The position numbers and the translations under genes are program-made. The notes beneath the pieces are model-generated. The model saw only the letters and a program-made list of their open reading frames with translations. It did no database searches and was not told where the DNA came from. From TPA_inf: Saccharomyces (taxonomy: Eukaryota), in the NCBI GenBank assembly GCA_000146045.2, contig BK006936.2:1-64000 (forward strand): 64,000 bases of DNA. Direction: 5' to 3'. Below, in pieces: positions 46,371-59,821 of this stretch. How positions within the stretch are numbered: the first letter of the stretch is position 1; each line of letters begins with the position of its first letter.

Positions 46371-46564
46371 ATTAAATAAAGATTTACAAAATAATAACCT
46401 TCATTTAATTTTAAATTTCAATAAAAAAATATCAAATCAAACATGACTTTTAAATCTACCATTAGATAATTGTATAAAGTGATTTATTGTTTTTTAATTT
46501 TGTTTTCATTATCTATCAAAACTAGGGCATTCTTCCTCACTTTTAGTGATAAACTTTTGTAAAC

Positions 46565-47180
46565 TCAGTAGTATATCCAGCCGACGAGCAATGCGATAAC
46601 GGTGATGATAAGCAATGCTCTGGAACTCAGACTTTGCCCGTTACCTGCTGATGGCGCTCTTGCTGATTCTGCATCGTGGTTTCCAGACGGTTTTCTTTTC
46701 GGTAACACGGAGTGAAATATTTTGATCTTCTTGAAGACTATGTCATCTTTGTACTGCTCTTCCAGATTAGGCCAATCGGACAACAGCTCGCCATCCTCCA
46801 CGTTTTGGTAAGCTGCCGGGATAGGAAGTGTAACGATCAAGAATTTGTCTCGTTTTTGGTCCATTTCATCGTCAGCGGTTGACTTGGGTAATCCAAGGAA
46901 AACAATTTGGACATTTACACTTTCATGAGCACCTATGATGGCCACATTGGGCCTCACACAATACTTTGTGGGAGCACTAGTCCTCACTTTAAATATAACT
47001 CTCTTTTCACCATCGTTCTCGAGCTTTATATACTCTGTTGATTGTTTATTAAGGGGAGCTGAAGTATTACATATTAGTAACCTGTTGCATCGCACCAAAA
47101 AAGGTAGCAAAGTTTCCCGCACACTAGCAATTCTCGTCAAACATACCCTTGAACACCAGCTTTTCTGGCACTATTCTCAT
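46565..47180 (-). CDS. SCS22: VAP-family (MSP domain) protein, Scs2 paralog; two exons (47147..47180 and 46565..47058), 88-nt intron
   Basis: Exon 1 ATGAGAATAGTGCCAGAAAAGCTGGTGTTCAAGG (MRIVPEKLVFK-G), then GTATGT at 47146..47141. The branch-like sequence is TACTAAT (plus-strand attagta 47073..47079). AG at 47060..47059. Exon 2 continues APLNKQSTEYIKLENDGEKRVIFKVRTSAPTKYCVRPN (MSP domain) and has a C-terminal TM segment. Confidence 0.8.
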
Positions 47181-47362
47181 TGTTTACTCGTCTGAACTAG
47201 TGCTTATATTATCTGTCGTCATACCACTGTTTGAGACCCCCATAGGTCTTATATAAGGTAATGCATCATTCTAAACGGGCGGCAAGCCATATTAAACTAT
47301 CTATATAACTACAACAGTATTCATATACCTAGTGAGGAGGCCATTTGAAAGCGCATTTTACC

Positions 47363-48631
<1,269 letters not shown>

Positions 48632-48779
48632 TCAATACGGTAGAGCTTCTACAGTACTTGTTGATGTAAAAGCCCACTTATTAGCTTCTTGCTATGGCTT
48701 CCTTTCTTTTTTAAGTTCGCTTCTTTCCCAAGATTGAAAATAAAAAATAAGTGAGACCAGGTCATTAAAGGTCCCTTGA

Positions 48780-49358
<579 letters not shown>

Positions 49359-49573
49359 TCGTACCATCAACTCTTGAATATTGTGAAATTTTCGCCATTG
49401 ATTTCCGTCTTTGTAAATAGGTAATGCGTAACTATTTAGTTAAATTTTTGTATATTTTTTATTCTATGACTTCACTTATCCATTATTTCCATCGTCAAAA
49501 AAAGGAAATAAATACTGTTGCTCGAACGAACAGCAAGATAAAGTGGAAACGAAAAGTAAGCAGCTTCCTCAAT

Positions 49574-50953
49574 ATGCCGTCAAACGTACGTTCGGGAGTC
49601 TTAACTTTGCTCCATACAGCATGTGGAGCAGGCGTACTTGCAATGCCGTTTGCATTCAAGCCATTTGGGTTAATGCCTGGTCTGATAACGCTAACATTTT
49701 GCGGAATATGTTCCTTATGTGGGCTGCTATTACAGACTCGAATAGCGAAGTACGTACCTAAATCTGAGAACGCCTCGTTTGCTAAACTCACCCAACTAAT
49801 CAATCCGTCAATAAGTGTAGTGTTCGATTTTGCCATTGCTGTTAAATGTTTTGGCGTTGGTGTATCTTACTTAATTATTGTTGGTGACTTAGTGCCACAG
49901 ATAGTGCAGTCAATTTTTTATCGTAACGATGATAACATGAGTGGTTCGCAAGAGCATCACATGTTCTTAGACAGGCGTTTGTATATAACTCTGATCATAG
50001 TGTTTGTTATCTCCCCTTTATGCTTTAAAAGAAGTTTGAATTCTCTACGATATGCTTCTATGATTGCCATTGTTAGTGTCGCATATTTATCTGGTTTGAT
50101 TATTTACCATTTTGTAAATCGGCATCAGCTAGAGAGAGGGCAAGTATATTTTATGGTACCTCACGGAGATTCTCAGTCTCATTCTCCCCTGACTACATTG
50201 CCAATTTTTGTGTTTGCTTACACTTGTCACCACAATATGTTCAGTGTAATTAATGAGCAAGTGGATAAGAGCTTCAAGGTAATCAGGAGGATTCCGATTT
50301 TTGCCATCGTGTTGGCCTATTTTTTATACATCATAATTGGTGGTACAGGTTATATGACATTTGGTGAGAATATTGTAGGAAATATCCTCACTTTATACCC
50401 GAATTCCATCTCCACCACCATCGGGAGGTTAGCAATGCTGCTATTAGTTATGTTAGCATTTCCATTGCAATGCCATCCTTGCAGATCATCGGTAAAAAAC
50501 ATAATTATATTCATTGAAAATTTCAGAAAAGGTAAGTTATACGATAACAGAGCTAGCTTTATTCCATTAGACAACTTTAATAGTGAAGATCCGCAGGAGG
50601 CGCCAACCCAACAAAACAACGAAGAGCCAAATCTGCGTAGTGAGTCTTTACGGCATATCAATATTATCACCCTTTGTATCTTACTGTTCTCATATCTACT
50701 GGCTATTTCAATTACGTCTCTAGCAAAAGTCCTAGCAATAGTTGGTGCCACGGGATCTACGTCGATTTCTTTCATTTTGCCAGGCCTTTTTGGTTATAAA
50801 TTAATTGGCTCAGAATTTACGGGCACGAATGAAAGAGTACCGACAAGCATAAAAATATTCAAATACTTAAGTTTATCTCTATTCATCTGGGGGATAGCAG
50901 TAATGGTAGCTTCACTATCAGCGATTGTATTTTTGGGCACATCATCACATTGA
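49574..50953 (+). CDS. AVT5: Vacuolar amino-acid transporter (AVT/Aa_trans family), ~459 aa
   Basis: MPSNVRSGVLTLLHTACGAGVLAMPFAF... with ~11 hydrophobic segments. An in-frame ATG at 49424 lies 50 codons upstream; see findings. Confidence 0.85.
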   Translation: MPSNVRSGVLTLLHTACGAGVLAMPFAFKPFGLMPGLITLTFCGICSLCGLLLQTRIAKYVPKSENASFAKLTQLINPSISVVFDFAIAVKCFGVGVSYLIIVGDLVPQIVQSIFYRNDDNMSGSQEHHMFLDRRLYITLIIVFVISPLCFKRSLNSLRYASMIAIVSVAYLSGLIIYHFVNRHQLERGQVYFMVPHGDSQSHSPLTTLPIFVFAYTCHHNMFSVINEQVDKSFKVIRRIPIFAIVLAYFLYIIIGGTGYMTFGENIVGNILTLYPNSISTTIGRLAMLLLVMLAFPLQCHPCRSSVKNIIIFIENFRKGKLYDNRASFIPLDNFNSEDPQEAPTQQNNEEPNLRSESLRHINIITLCILLFSYLLAISITSLAKVLAIVGATGSTSISFILPGLFGYKLIGSEFTGTNERVPTSIKIFKYLSLSLFIWGIAVMVASLSAIVFLGTSSH

Positions 50954-51018
50954 GTTTGTACATTACTTTTCGTATTTCTATAAACAAAAAAAAGAAGTAT
51001 AAAGCATCTGCATAGCAA

Positions 51019-54000
51019 TTAATAAAAAGGTGACCATCCCATATATATAACACTCAAATTTGATGGATCCGTGGCTTGCTGAATCAAATCTTGTACGCTA
51101 GACTCTACACTTAGTCCATTACCCATAAGCTTCTCTTCTACACCTTTAAGGGCCCTATAAGACTCTTGGTTTTCGTTCCTGTCGTTGTTACTTATGAACT
51201 TGCTGACGTTATCGAAATTTGTAATTTCATGTTCTTCTTCAAATAAGTGTTCGTATTTTTTAACTGGTGACATTACCCAGGAATAAAGGGGATCCCATTT
51301 TAAGATATTCAAAACACACATCACCTTGACATAATCTTTTCTTAATACTGCGTAAACTCTTTCACAACTCCGCCTGAATAGGCCATCCACGCCTGTGACT
51401 CCAAATCCATCAACGATATCTCTAGTTAATCTGAAAGGGACCAACTCTGGAATGGGGAGTAATTTTCCCTGATCAAACGCAATTCCCAGGTCTATATGAA
51501 TAGGCTCCCCTGTTGAGCAGTCAAGCAGGATATTGTTTAAGTGCCTATCACCGAGGCCTAATATGTATCCAACGATAGAGCTAGCTGCGACACCTTTTGT
51601 GTACGTTTTCTTAGCTTCAAACCAATCCAACGGATCGGGAAAGGAATCAAAAAAAAAGTTTCTTAACTGCGGTTTTATTTCATTAGTGATTTTTAAATAA
51701 GCTTTCAGCCTCTCTTCATTTGATTTTGTTTGAACTGCTTTCATGCCTTTTCTTGCCTGATCGAAGGTTATCTTATCGTTGGTATGTAGCTTACTCAAAA
51801 TTTGATGTAATGATGTAGAATTTGCGACAAATTCAATGATTCCTGCCTTTGGTCCTAATGGAACCACTTTGTATGTTCTAATACCCAGATCTAGATTTCT
51901 TAATACTTTATCATTTTGTAGAACTTTATTAACTTGTTGAAACACTTGTTCCATAATTGCATCTTGTCTCAAATCGTCATTACTTCCTTTCATCAAAGCT
52001 TTCTGCGTTGTACCATCTGAGATGTTGAAGGTGACTATTTTCGGCAGGGACAATCCTGTGGTAGTAATGCCTACTGTTTCATTGACGGATACAATATAAG
52101 GGCGGGCTTTTCTTCCATCAGCAGAACTTTTGACTGTAAAATTACTGGTCGGTAGGGGAAGCTTCTCCATGTTTAGCTGTTTCAGCCAATATTGGCCAAT
52201 CTTCAAATTAGCTAAGCGTAACGTCTTCGTATTTTGCACAAACTTAAGATTAGCTAACTCTACAGACATCTCGCAAAACTCTTGCACAGGAAGTAAATAC
52301 TTTTTCGCAAAGGCACCCCTGTCATATCCTTGCAATTCTAAAAGAATCTTTTTGACAGCTTGAATTTTTTGGGATATGTTGGTGTCCTTATTGGATTGCT
52401 TTTCATATAGTAGTATGCTCATCACTGAATAAAGGGAGTCATACGGTAGTTTGTAAAGAAGTCGTTTCATGGTTAGTTGCAATGGCTTTTGAAATTCATT
52501 CTCCTCCATAGATATTTTTGACGCAATCTGATTGACCCAGGGCAAAAACTTCCAGCTCGGTATTGTTCCAATTTCTTTATATAGTAATTGATTGATCTTG
52601 CTATTGTCATCATTCTCGAACCATAAACCACAAAACTTATCAATAATGTCATTATCATATCTGTTGCTGAAAACTAAGGTATTGAGATAGAAATGGAGTG
52701 CATGCCATAAAAATTTTTCTTTTTGAAGAAGCAGTGCCTTTAGTACTTCAGAATCTCTATTATATTGTAGCAAGACACGATTATAATGCCTTTTCGCATC
52801 TTTTCTTTCATTTTCTGGTAATTTTGTGTTTTTATATATCAGCTCCAAAGCTTTCAAGGTAGATTTTCCAGTATATGACCTATGTTCTCTATCTTCGATT
52901 TCTCCATTTGATCGTAACTTTTGTGCCTGTTCATCCAGAAAACTTCCGAGTGTGTAGAAAACATCAGAACATGATTCATGATCTTCGACATTTATATCCC
53001 AATTGACAATGATTTTTTCATATATTGCAGCAGCTGGTTCAAGCCTTGATTCTGAGCTCCATTTAACTAGTCGAGCTTTAATTTGGTCCATAGGCACATT
53101 AATGAGTAGCTTAAAATCGTCATAAAGGATACTTTCGCTAATATTCTTCTCATTTTGAGCTAAAAGATCTCTCATTATCATTACAGGTGCCTTGTACTCT
53201 CGAGACTCCCAGAGGGCATTAGCAGATGTGAAACTTGCCAATTTCTCAATTTGAGATACTACAGAGGGATCATCGTATAATTTTGCAATATTCTTCACTG
53301 TTTTGCTCATTAGAGTGGCATTTCGTAACGCATCTTGAGGCGCACCATTGGCAATTGCCAGCTGAACGTAATTAGCAAGCTGAATAATGGATCCAAGGCG
53401 TAAATATTTCGAGCATTTTACGTTTTCATCTAATGAATTCCTCGAGAGCACATTCATTAAAGTATGTCTACTCTTTAACGTTGTTTTGTGATCATAGAAG
53501 TCTATTGTATTAAGTCTCTCCTTATCGGCCTTCATAATAGACATCAATGTTTGGGGGAAGGAAGTAACGTCCTGAGGGATTGCTGCTATTTTTATAAATT
53601 CAATAATCGCGTTCAGAGTATCCATCCATTCAGTTTGGCTAATAAAATGTTGTCGAGAATCAAAAATAGTTAATAAGGATTTTTCTAAACTTTTTTCAGC
53701 AAAACCAACGTCCTGTGGTAAATTTTTTATGGCATAGTATAAACCTTTGGCTTTGGAATCAACAACTTTTGGAGTCAATAGCTTCCAGTCTCCCAATTCT
53801 AAATTCCATTTGTAGACATCACTGGATCCAGAAAGTCTACTTTCCAATAAGCTTGTCAACCCGTAGAAACCGCTATCTTCTGTGGCCTTGATTAATGATT
53901 CCTTTTCCTCTTCTAGTGAAGTAGTGTAATTGGCATCAAAATCGGCGTTGTTGAAAAGAAAACGTTTCCACGTATCTGAGTCAATTCTATTGATAGAGTT

Positions 54001-57000
54001 CAAAACACCCTCTATTGAGTGTGGAACAGGTAAGCCTGCTAGAAAATCGCCGTCATTTATGCATTCGTAAATCTTCTGAAGTGTATTTATATTCATTTCT
54101 CTTATGTTTGGCATGTTCATTTCCTCAAATAACAAATAGCCAAACTTGAACTCTTTTATTTTAAGAGAAATTTGACATATTTCTTGTAAATCTAAGCTAG
54201 AATATATGCGCAGACAGTTTCGTTCCTTGCATCTAGAACCCATCCTAATCATTTTAATTACATTGAAAAGCATCTTTAGCTTTATCTCAGAATCTTTAAC
54301 ATGCAGCAACATTGCTATTTGAGTGAATATTCGATTGCTCCAATTCAAACAGCTTTTCGGATCGTAAGTCGTTGAAAGAAAAAAGAGGTCAGTAAGTACT
54401 AATTCACAAAAAGCTGTTGATCCTTTGCATAAAGGATACAAGCAAACAATAGGAGGTATATTAAATGATATTTGGTGAATCAAACTACGGGCGAATTTGC
54501 TTAGCCAGCAGTTGTAGGGTTCGTTCACTGACAAATAAGTATCGCATATGAATGATTCCATCCCAAAATTGTTTGCCAACGGGTATATAGCATTCAGTAC
54601 ATCCTTGTCCAATGGAGCAACTTTATCTTTGTTCTCGTTCATTATGTTATCCCTAAAACAAAATTCACTTTCGCTATTTCCTATTGAGTAGCCCACTAGG
54701 TACGTTAGAATGCACTCAGAAATAAAAAACACTTCAGTAGAATCATATAACTCAGCTTCTTTATTGAAGGTCGAAATACGTTGGTATATCATATGTGGTT
54801 GTTCGGGATGGCGAAATACCATTTCAAAGTTTTTCAAATGAACTTCATTATTAAAGTTTGTAGATCTCTCTCTTTGAACTTCTTGCTGTAAAATTCTTCT
54901 TGAAAGAGCAGCGAACCATAGTTTGAAGTTTTTACTCAAATATTCCTTTGGAACATGGTGTTTCAAAATGTTAATTGCAGCAGCTTTAGAAAGCGAACAA
55001 CCGATTTTTGAAGCTACCGGTCTCCTGGCATAAGAAAAGAGTAAAGAAACCAATACAACATCGTCTACGCCACAATCACTAGCATCCAAAAGTTCCGTAT
55101 TTTCATAAATATCATCTTGGACTATATTTCCGAATATTGCATCAAGGCAGTATTTCCAAGTTTTTATTTTGATGAGATCCCGATGCTCTAAAAGCTTTAT
55201 AGCCTGCTGGAAGGATGGACTGAGCTGTTTGTTTTCCCTCAAATAAATGAATATTTTGCAAAATAAATTGGGCAGAGATGGCTCTATTTCAAACGTATTT
55301 TTGTCAGCCAGATTTAACAATGAGCTGAAAATTGTTATTACTTCATCGTGAATTTGTGTATCTATTAAGAATTTTGAAAGCCGAATTATGATGAAGTTTA
55401 AAGTTGATGATTTTACAAGTACATTCTCATACAACACAAAAAGATATTTTAACTCCCTTGCACATCGCAGTTTTCCTATGTAAGTCGATGTCTTTTCAAG
55501 GTCTGTAATAACCGATAAAAACAAAAGCTTGAATTCGTGTGTGTTGTTCTTTTCATGAGCAAACTGCGTCTGAACTAAGGTTGCTCCTAATGCCAAGGGT
55601 ATATGAAGTGGGTATTGATACCTCATTGAAACACTGGAATTTTCAAATAAATATGGCGAAAGGTATGAAGTTGGGAATAATTTTTCAACAGTAGATCTAA
55701 GTTCAGTAAGTGAGCCCAAATCAGTAAATCTTATGATCCACTTTAACATCAGTAGACGGTATTTTTTATGGTATTTTACTGTTGTTTTACCTGATATTTG
55801 GGGCAATATATCAAATATTAGTTCATTCACACCGCCACTGATAAAGGCAAGTGGAATACACAAGTAATAGCTGTTATCCACCAGATAAGCATCACCGTTT
55901 CCAGTAATCGCGTGTAACATGTCTAAGATCCATTTTTGGTTGAAACCTTGAGAAAAGTAGATTGCAGAAATTTCTACAAAGTATCTTCCTAAAAATTCAT
56001 GAATATCGGCAAATCCAAAAAGAGATATATCCCATTCTTTCTCCAATTTAGAAGTAGGGACTTTTGTTCTGTTAAACCAGTACATAATCAAATCAAACTT
56101 ACAATATTCGAAGAGCTCTGTAAGGTTTTGGTAGCGAAAAGCGACCGTAATTTTGTTCAGAGCTTGTTGGATAAACGCACGAGTATGATTGAAGCCAGAG
56201 TATGTCATCATATCCTCCAAAGAAAAAACTAAGCTTGGGTAAGACACCAAAGACAACATGGACATTGCAAGAGAGTAGAAAGCGGACTTTTCAATACTTT
56301 GCTGAGGCGGACCAAATAAGCTCTTAATCTCATAAAATATGATACTTTGATTCTTATAGCTCACTTGGGCCATATAACTCGAAATACTGTTCATTATGTT
56401 AATAATATTGGAGGAGTCTAGCTTTTGCAGGCATTTAATAAAAGTTGCAAAGACTCTCTGCTTCCCACCTCTGATTGATCCGTGGGAAAGATCATGATTT
56501 TGAAGTAGGCTAAGCAGCAGCATAGAAAGGTTGACCGTAGGGGCCACACCAGTGAAAGAATTGTCCTCAAATCTAGATATGATCCAGTCCAGGATATCAT
56601 TGCAGTCCGAATTCAAAGGCTGCTCGGGGTAAGATAACCATTGAGGTCTTATTGCTTCGATATAAGATGTAAGTAAAAGCATAGCTTGATTGGAAGAACT
56701 ATAGTGGTTGCAAAGCAATTTTTCACCCAAGACTTCAGTGAATTCTTCCAGGATTTTGTTGTAAGAAGATTTCTCCCCGATTGCTTGTTTTAACCACTGG
56801 CAAACAGTGCCAAGATAAGATATAAATACATCTGTGCTAACGCAATCAGAAAATTCCAATATGGCTACCAAACGCTCTGAAATGGATTTATTTCTTGAAG
56901 ACCATAGGTAAGCTCGCACTGCTTTATCTATAGTGGAGTGCAGAGGCTTCTGAAATCTACCTCCAATTGTGTACGGACTATTATTCTGGGTAGTGTCTTC

Positions 57001-59382
57001 TGAAGAGGCTTCGAAGTAATTGATGGCAGAAGTTCCTGTTTGAGATTTGTTTTTTTGCATCCTGATAAAATCATTAACGATTTCCTTCATATTAATTTTG
57101 TCAAGCACTAAATGGTCTACATTTATGGTCCGTATCGATAAAACCTCCTCAAAAAATGATTGGTAGGAGTTTTGGCTATCAAAACTAAGTTGTGGAATAG
57201 TTATTAAGGTTGTTCTCTTATATGCTGCAATAAACTCAGAAAAAGTGGAATCTCCACAAAGATTATCAACTATTTGTATTAATTTTGCTACCCAAGTAAA
57301 TTTTTGTAGTGGAGATGAAAATGCATCACTTTCAATATTTTCCAGTAATCTGTAAAGAATTTCATTATAACGTGTGAGGTCTAAGGAAACTTTTGGTAAA
57401 TTAAAAAAGGGAGTGTTAAAACATTCTGACTTTTCTTCTGGTTTTACGCCTAAAAGAAATTCCCTCTGCTCTTGAAAATGTTGCCAAATCTTGTGGCTTT
57501 CATCCCAACATAGTGAGACAGGATTAGCTCCTTCGCCTTTTTTATCGTTGAAAGGGTTCTCTGGGTCATATTTGTTACCTAACCAGGATATAAAATTGCA
57601 GAACTGATCCTGTTTAGCATCAGTTCCGCGCAACTGGTTCCACTTTGATTTTAGCCACTCAAAAATTCTATCAGCGGACGATATACCGTTCATAGATTGG
57701 AAGTCTTTACCAACGTACTGAAGGTATCCCCATAGCATGAACGATTCATTAGTAACTAATATGGGACCCAAAATATCGGATAATTCGTAAAGATCATATA
57801 TCTGATTGATAGTTTTCTCATCGGATAAAAGCTGCTTTGAAAACTTTATGGAGTTGGCTAATAAAAGACAACTTAACTGGCAAGATTCATTTGATTTTAC
57901 TAATGGTAAGCAAACTTTAAATAGGCGTGCCATGTCGCCATTGCTTAATTCGCATTCTTTTTGGGATAATAAAGGAATAAAAGAAAAACAAACCCAATTA
58001 AAGCATTGGATTTTTTCGAATTTTGAAAACAGAAGTTCTTTCAGCTGTTCTGCAAAACTTTTAGTGAAGTCTTGTAAAGTTCCATAAAATGAGCACAATT
58101 GTAATCCTAGCACTTCAAACTCATGTGAGCTGTTCTCCTCTAAAAGATGAATAAGAAATGTGTCCATATCGTCAGAAATCCGTAGGATAGAAGGTATATC
58201 CGAATCACATTTTCTTCTTTTAAATAATAATGAGTAATTTTCATTTTTTCTGTTCAATGCAAAATATGTTAACAATGATTTGGTAATTCCGAGTATTTTT
58301 AACCACACCGATCTGCCTCCCCTATCTCTAAGTCTAAAATCAGGTAATGCAAACCATGAATTTTTATCCCTTGAACCTCGAATATATGAGAATTCCACAT
58401 GGTTTACGGTAAATAATTGAGGCTTATAATTACTTAAGCGCAGTAGAATGTACTCACGGTATAGAGATACAAGAGATTCGGACCGAAGCTCTTCAACATA
58501 ATTCTCTTGACCAATCATATAAGGAAGTTTATGGTTCATTAGTTCACTTGACATAACATCAAACAGTGATAATTGGTCTTGTACTAGCTCATTGGAAGTA
58601 CAGCCAATTGTCAGGTTGTAACTCCATGCTTCTTTTATAAGCATTAGCGTATCAATAACACTAAAACAATGGCACTTCAAAATTAATTGATTTATTAATG
58701 ACATTATTAATCTCGTATTTCCATTTTCTTTTTTGCTGAGCCTCAAAAAATCTATTACGGTCCAAGTAATTGTCCTTGTCACTTGAAATATACCAACTGT
58801 GTCTAACGCCAATAAATTCAGGAGGATCGATATGAAATTGGTCAATGTTTTGTCTACCATAGATAATTTCATTTGGCTTTGAAAGTACTCGCAAATTTTA
58901 TCGACTAAGGATATCCATTGGTGTATCATGAATTTCAGTTTGAAAGGGTCACTTTTAATTAGGGCATCCAAAGCAAACGATAAATGTACTGAAACGGCAT
59001 CCAATAAACTTTTGGAACCATCTTTGACCATTAATTCAGGTACTACTGCTAAAAGTAACTTCAACGTTTTCACTTTAAATCTCTCACATGATTTTTCTAC
59101 AAATAATCTTAAAACGTACGATATCGTGGAGAGTCTGTTCTCACTAAGTGATAGCTTGTTTGTGGTTGACACTGTCAAGTTTCGAAGAAGGTCACAGTAT
59201 TTTGTGTGTTCAGATGCAAGTAACTCTACCAAAGCTTCTGCCGTTGTAGATAGGGCCTTGGTTGGTATCCTTTCCGGATCTTCTTTTAAAATTGTTGTTA
59301 GCTCATCTAAAGCATTGTTTCTCTCTTTGATTTTTGTTGATGATAGAAAGTTTAAAGTTTCTACAATCCCATGATCCTCCAT
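51019..59382 (-). CDS. TEL1: ATM-family PI3K-like protein kinase, 2787 aa
   Basis: 8.4-kb uninterrupted ORF. C-terminal PIKK catalytic motifs (GLGDRHLNNILLD, HIDLGIAFDQG) and FATC tail (...VIYMGWSPFY). Long HEAT/FAT-like helical N-terminal region. Confidence 0.95.
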   Translation of the reverse strand: MEDHGIVETLNFLSSTKIKERNNALDELTTILKEDPERIPTKALSTTAEALVELLASEHTKYCDLLRNLTVSTTNKLSLSENRLSTISYVLRLFVEKSCERFKVKTLKLLLAVVPELMVKDGSKSLLDAVSVHLSFALDALIKSDPFKLKFMIHQWISLVDKICEYFQSQMKLSMVDKTLTNFISILLNLLALDTVGIFQVTRTITWTVIDFLRLSKKENGNTRLIMSLINQLILKCHCFSVIDTLMLIKEAWSYNLTIGCTSNELVQDQLSLFDVMSSELMNHKLPYMIGQENYVEELRSESLVSLYREYILLRLSNYKPQLFTVNHVEFSYIRGSRDKNSWFALPDFRLRDRGGRSVWLKILGITKSLLTYFALNRKNENYSLLFKRRKCDSDIPSILRISDDMDTFLIHLLEENSSHEFEVLGLQLCSFYGTLQDFTKSFAEQLKELLFSKFEKIQCFNWVCFSFIPLLSQKECELSNGDMARLFKVCLPLVKSNESCQLSCLLLANSIKFSKQLLSDEKTINQIYDLYELSDILGPILVTNESFMLWGYLQYVGKDFQSMNGISSADRIFEWLKSKWNQLRGTDAKQDQFCNFISWLGNKYDPENPFNDKKGEGANPVSLCWDESHKIWQHFQEQREFLLGVKPEEKSECFNTPFFNLPKVSLDLTRYNEILYRLLENIESDAFSSPLQKFTWVAKLIQIVDNLCGDSTFSEFIAAYKRTTLITIPQLSFDSQNSYQSFFEEVLSIRTINVDHLVLDKINMKEIVNDFIRMQKNKSQTGTSAINYFEASSEDTTQNNSPYTIGGRFQKPLHSTIDKAVRAYLWSSRNKSISERLVAILEFSDCVSTDVFISYLGTVCQWLKQAIGEKSSYNKILEEFTEVLGEKLLCNHYSSSNQAMLLLTSYIEAIRPQWLSYPEQPLNSDCNDILDWIISRFEDNSFTGVAPTVNLSMLLLSLLQNHDLSHGSIRGGKQRVFATFIKCLQKLDSSNIINIMNSISSYMAQVSYKNQSIIFYEIKSLFGPPQQSIEKSAFYSLAMSMLSLVSYPSLVFSLEDMMTYSGFNHTRAFIQQALNKITVAFRYQNLTELFEYCKFDLIMYWFNRTKVPTSKLEKEWDISLFGFADIHEFLGRYFVEISAIYFSQGFNQKWILDMLHAITGNGDAYLVDNSYYLCIPLAFISGGVNELIFDILPQISGKTTVKYHKKYRLLMLKWIIRFTDLGSLTELRSTVEKLFPTSYLSPYLFENSSVSMRYQYPLHIPLALGATLVQTQFAHEKNNTHEFKLLFLSVITDLEKTSTYIGKLRCARELKYLFVLYENVLVKSSTLNFIIIRLSKFLIDTQIHDEVITIFSSLLNLADKNTFEIEPSLPNLFCKIFIYLRENKQLSPSFQQAIKLLEHRDLIKIKTWKYCLDAIFGNIVQDDIYENTELLDASDCGVDDVVLVSLLFSYARRPVASKIGCSLSKAAAINILKHHVPKEYLSKNFKLWFAALSRRILQQEVQRERSTNFNNEVHLKNFEMVFRHPEQPHMIYQRISTFNKEAELYDSTEVFFISECILTYLVGYSIGNSESEFCFRDNIMNENKDKVAPLDKDVLNAIYPLANNFGMESFICDTYLSVNEPYNCWLSKFARSLIHQISFNIPPIVCLYPLCKGSTAFCELVLTDLFFLSTTYDPKSCLNWSNRIFTQIAMLLHVKDSEIKLKMLFNVIKMIRMGSRCKERNCLRIYSSLDLQEICQISLKIKEFKFGYLLFEEMNMPNIREMNINTLQKIYECINDGDFLAGLPVPHSIEGVLNSINRIDSDTWKRFLFNNADFDANYTTSLEEEKESLIKATEDSGFYGLTSLLESRLSGSSDVYKWNLELGDWKLLTPKVVDSKAKGLYYAIKNLPQDVGFAEKSLEKSLLTIFDSRQHFISQTEWMDTLNAIIEFIKIAAIPQDVTSFPQTLMSIMKADKERLNTIDFYDHKTTLKSRHTLMNVLSRNSLDENVKCSKYLRLGSIIQLANYVQLAIANGAPQDALRNATLMSKTVKNIAKLYDDPSVVSQIEKLASFTSANALWESREYKAPVMIMRDLLAQNEKNISESILYDDFKLLINVPMDQIKARLVKWSSESRLEPAAAIYEKIIVNWDINVEDHESCSDVFYTLGSFLDEQAQKLRSNGEIEDREHRSYTGKSTLKALELIYKNTKLPENERKDAKRHYNRVLLQYNRDSEVLKALLLQKEKFLWHALHFYLNTLVFSNRYDNDIIDKFCGLWFENDDNSKINQLLYKEIGTIPSWKFLPWVNQIASKISMEENEFQKPLQLTMKRLLYKLPYDSLYSVMSILLYEKQSNKDTNISQKIQAVKKILLELQGYDRGAFAKKYLLPVQEFCEMSVELANLKFVQNTKTLRLANLKIGQYWLKQLNMEKLPLPTSNFTVKSSADGRKARPYIVSVNETVGITTTGLSLPKIVTFNISDGTTQKALMKGSNDDLRQDAIMEQVFQQVNKVLQNDKVLRNLDLGIRTYKVVPLGPKAGIIEFVANSTSLHQILSKLHTNDKITFDQARKGMKAVQTKSNEERLKAYLKITNEIKPQLRNFFFDSFPDPLDWFEAKKTYTKGVAASSIVGYILGLGDRHLNNILLDCSTGEPIHIDLGIAFDQGKLLPIPELVPFRLTRDIVDGFGVTGVDGLFRRSCERVYAVLRKDYVKVMCVLNILKWDPLYSWVMSPVKKYEHLFEEEHEITNFDNVSKFISNNDRNENQESYRALKGVEEKLMGNGLSVESSVQDLIQQATDPSNLSVIYMGWSPFY

Positions 59383-59821
59383 CGTCTATGTTACACTGAT
59401 TTCCCTTTTTCTTTGAAGGCTTTTTTTTCGAATTTCCTGCTTTTTTTGCGAGGCTTTGAGAAGTCAATTAGTCTTGATTATTCTATTAACTTGGAACTAA
59501 TTTACCTTGAAAAATGTCAAAATATGCATATTGTACGGCTGGTGCCATACTTGTTTCTCACTAGCAAAACATTCTATCATCTGTTATTCTTACCTTCTTA
59601 ACGTGTCTGTTTGCTTTTTTGACGTACCCCAAAAAATATATAGACCCTCCTATCACGCTCATAATATCATGTGATTCTCTCGATGAACGATAATAGTAAT
59701 ATTTTCATCTAAAAATGCAATGAATTATTGAGTTTCTTTAATCTGTTTAAGAGATTGTTATTTATAAAGAAAATATATATAATTGAAGAATCTAAGAGTA
59801 TGAGTCAAAATAATTTCCTTT

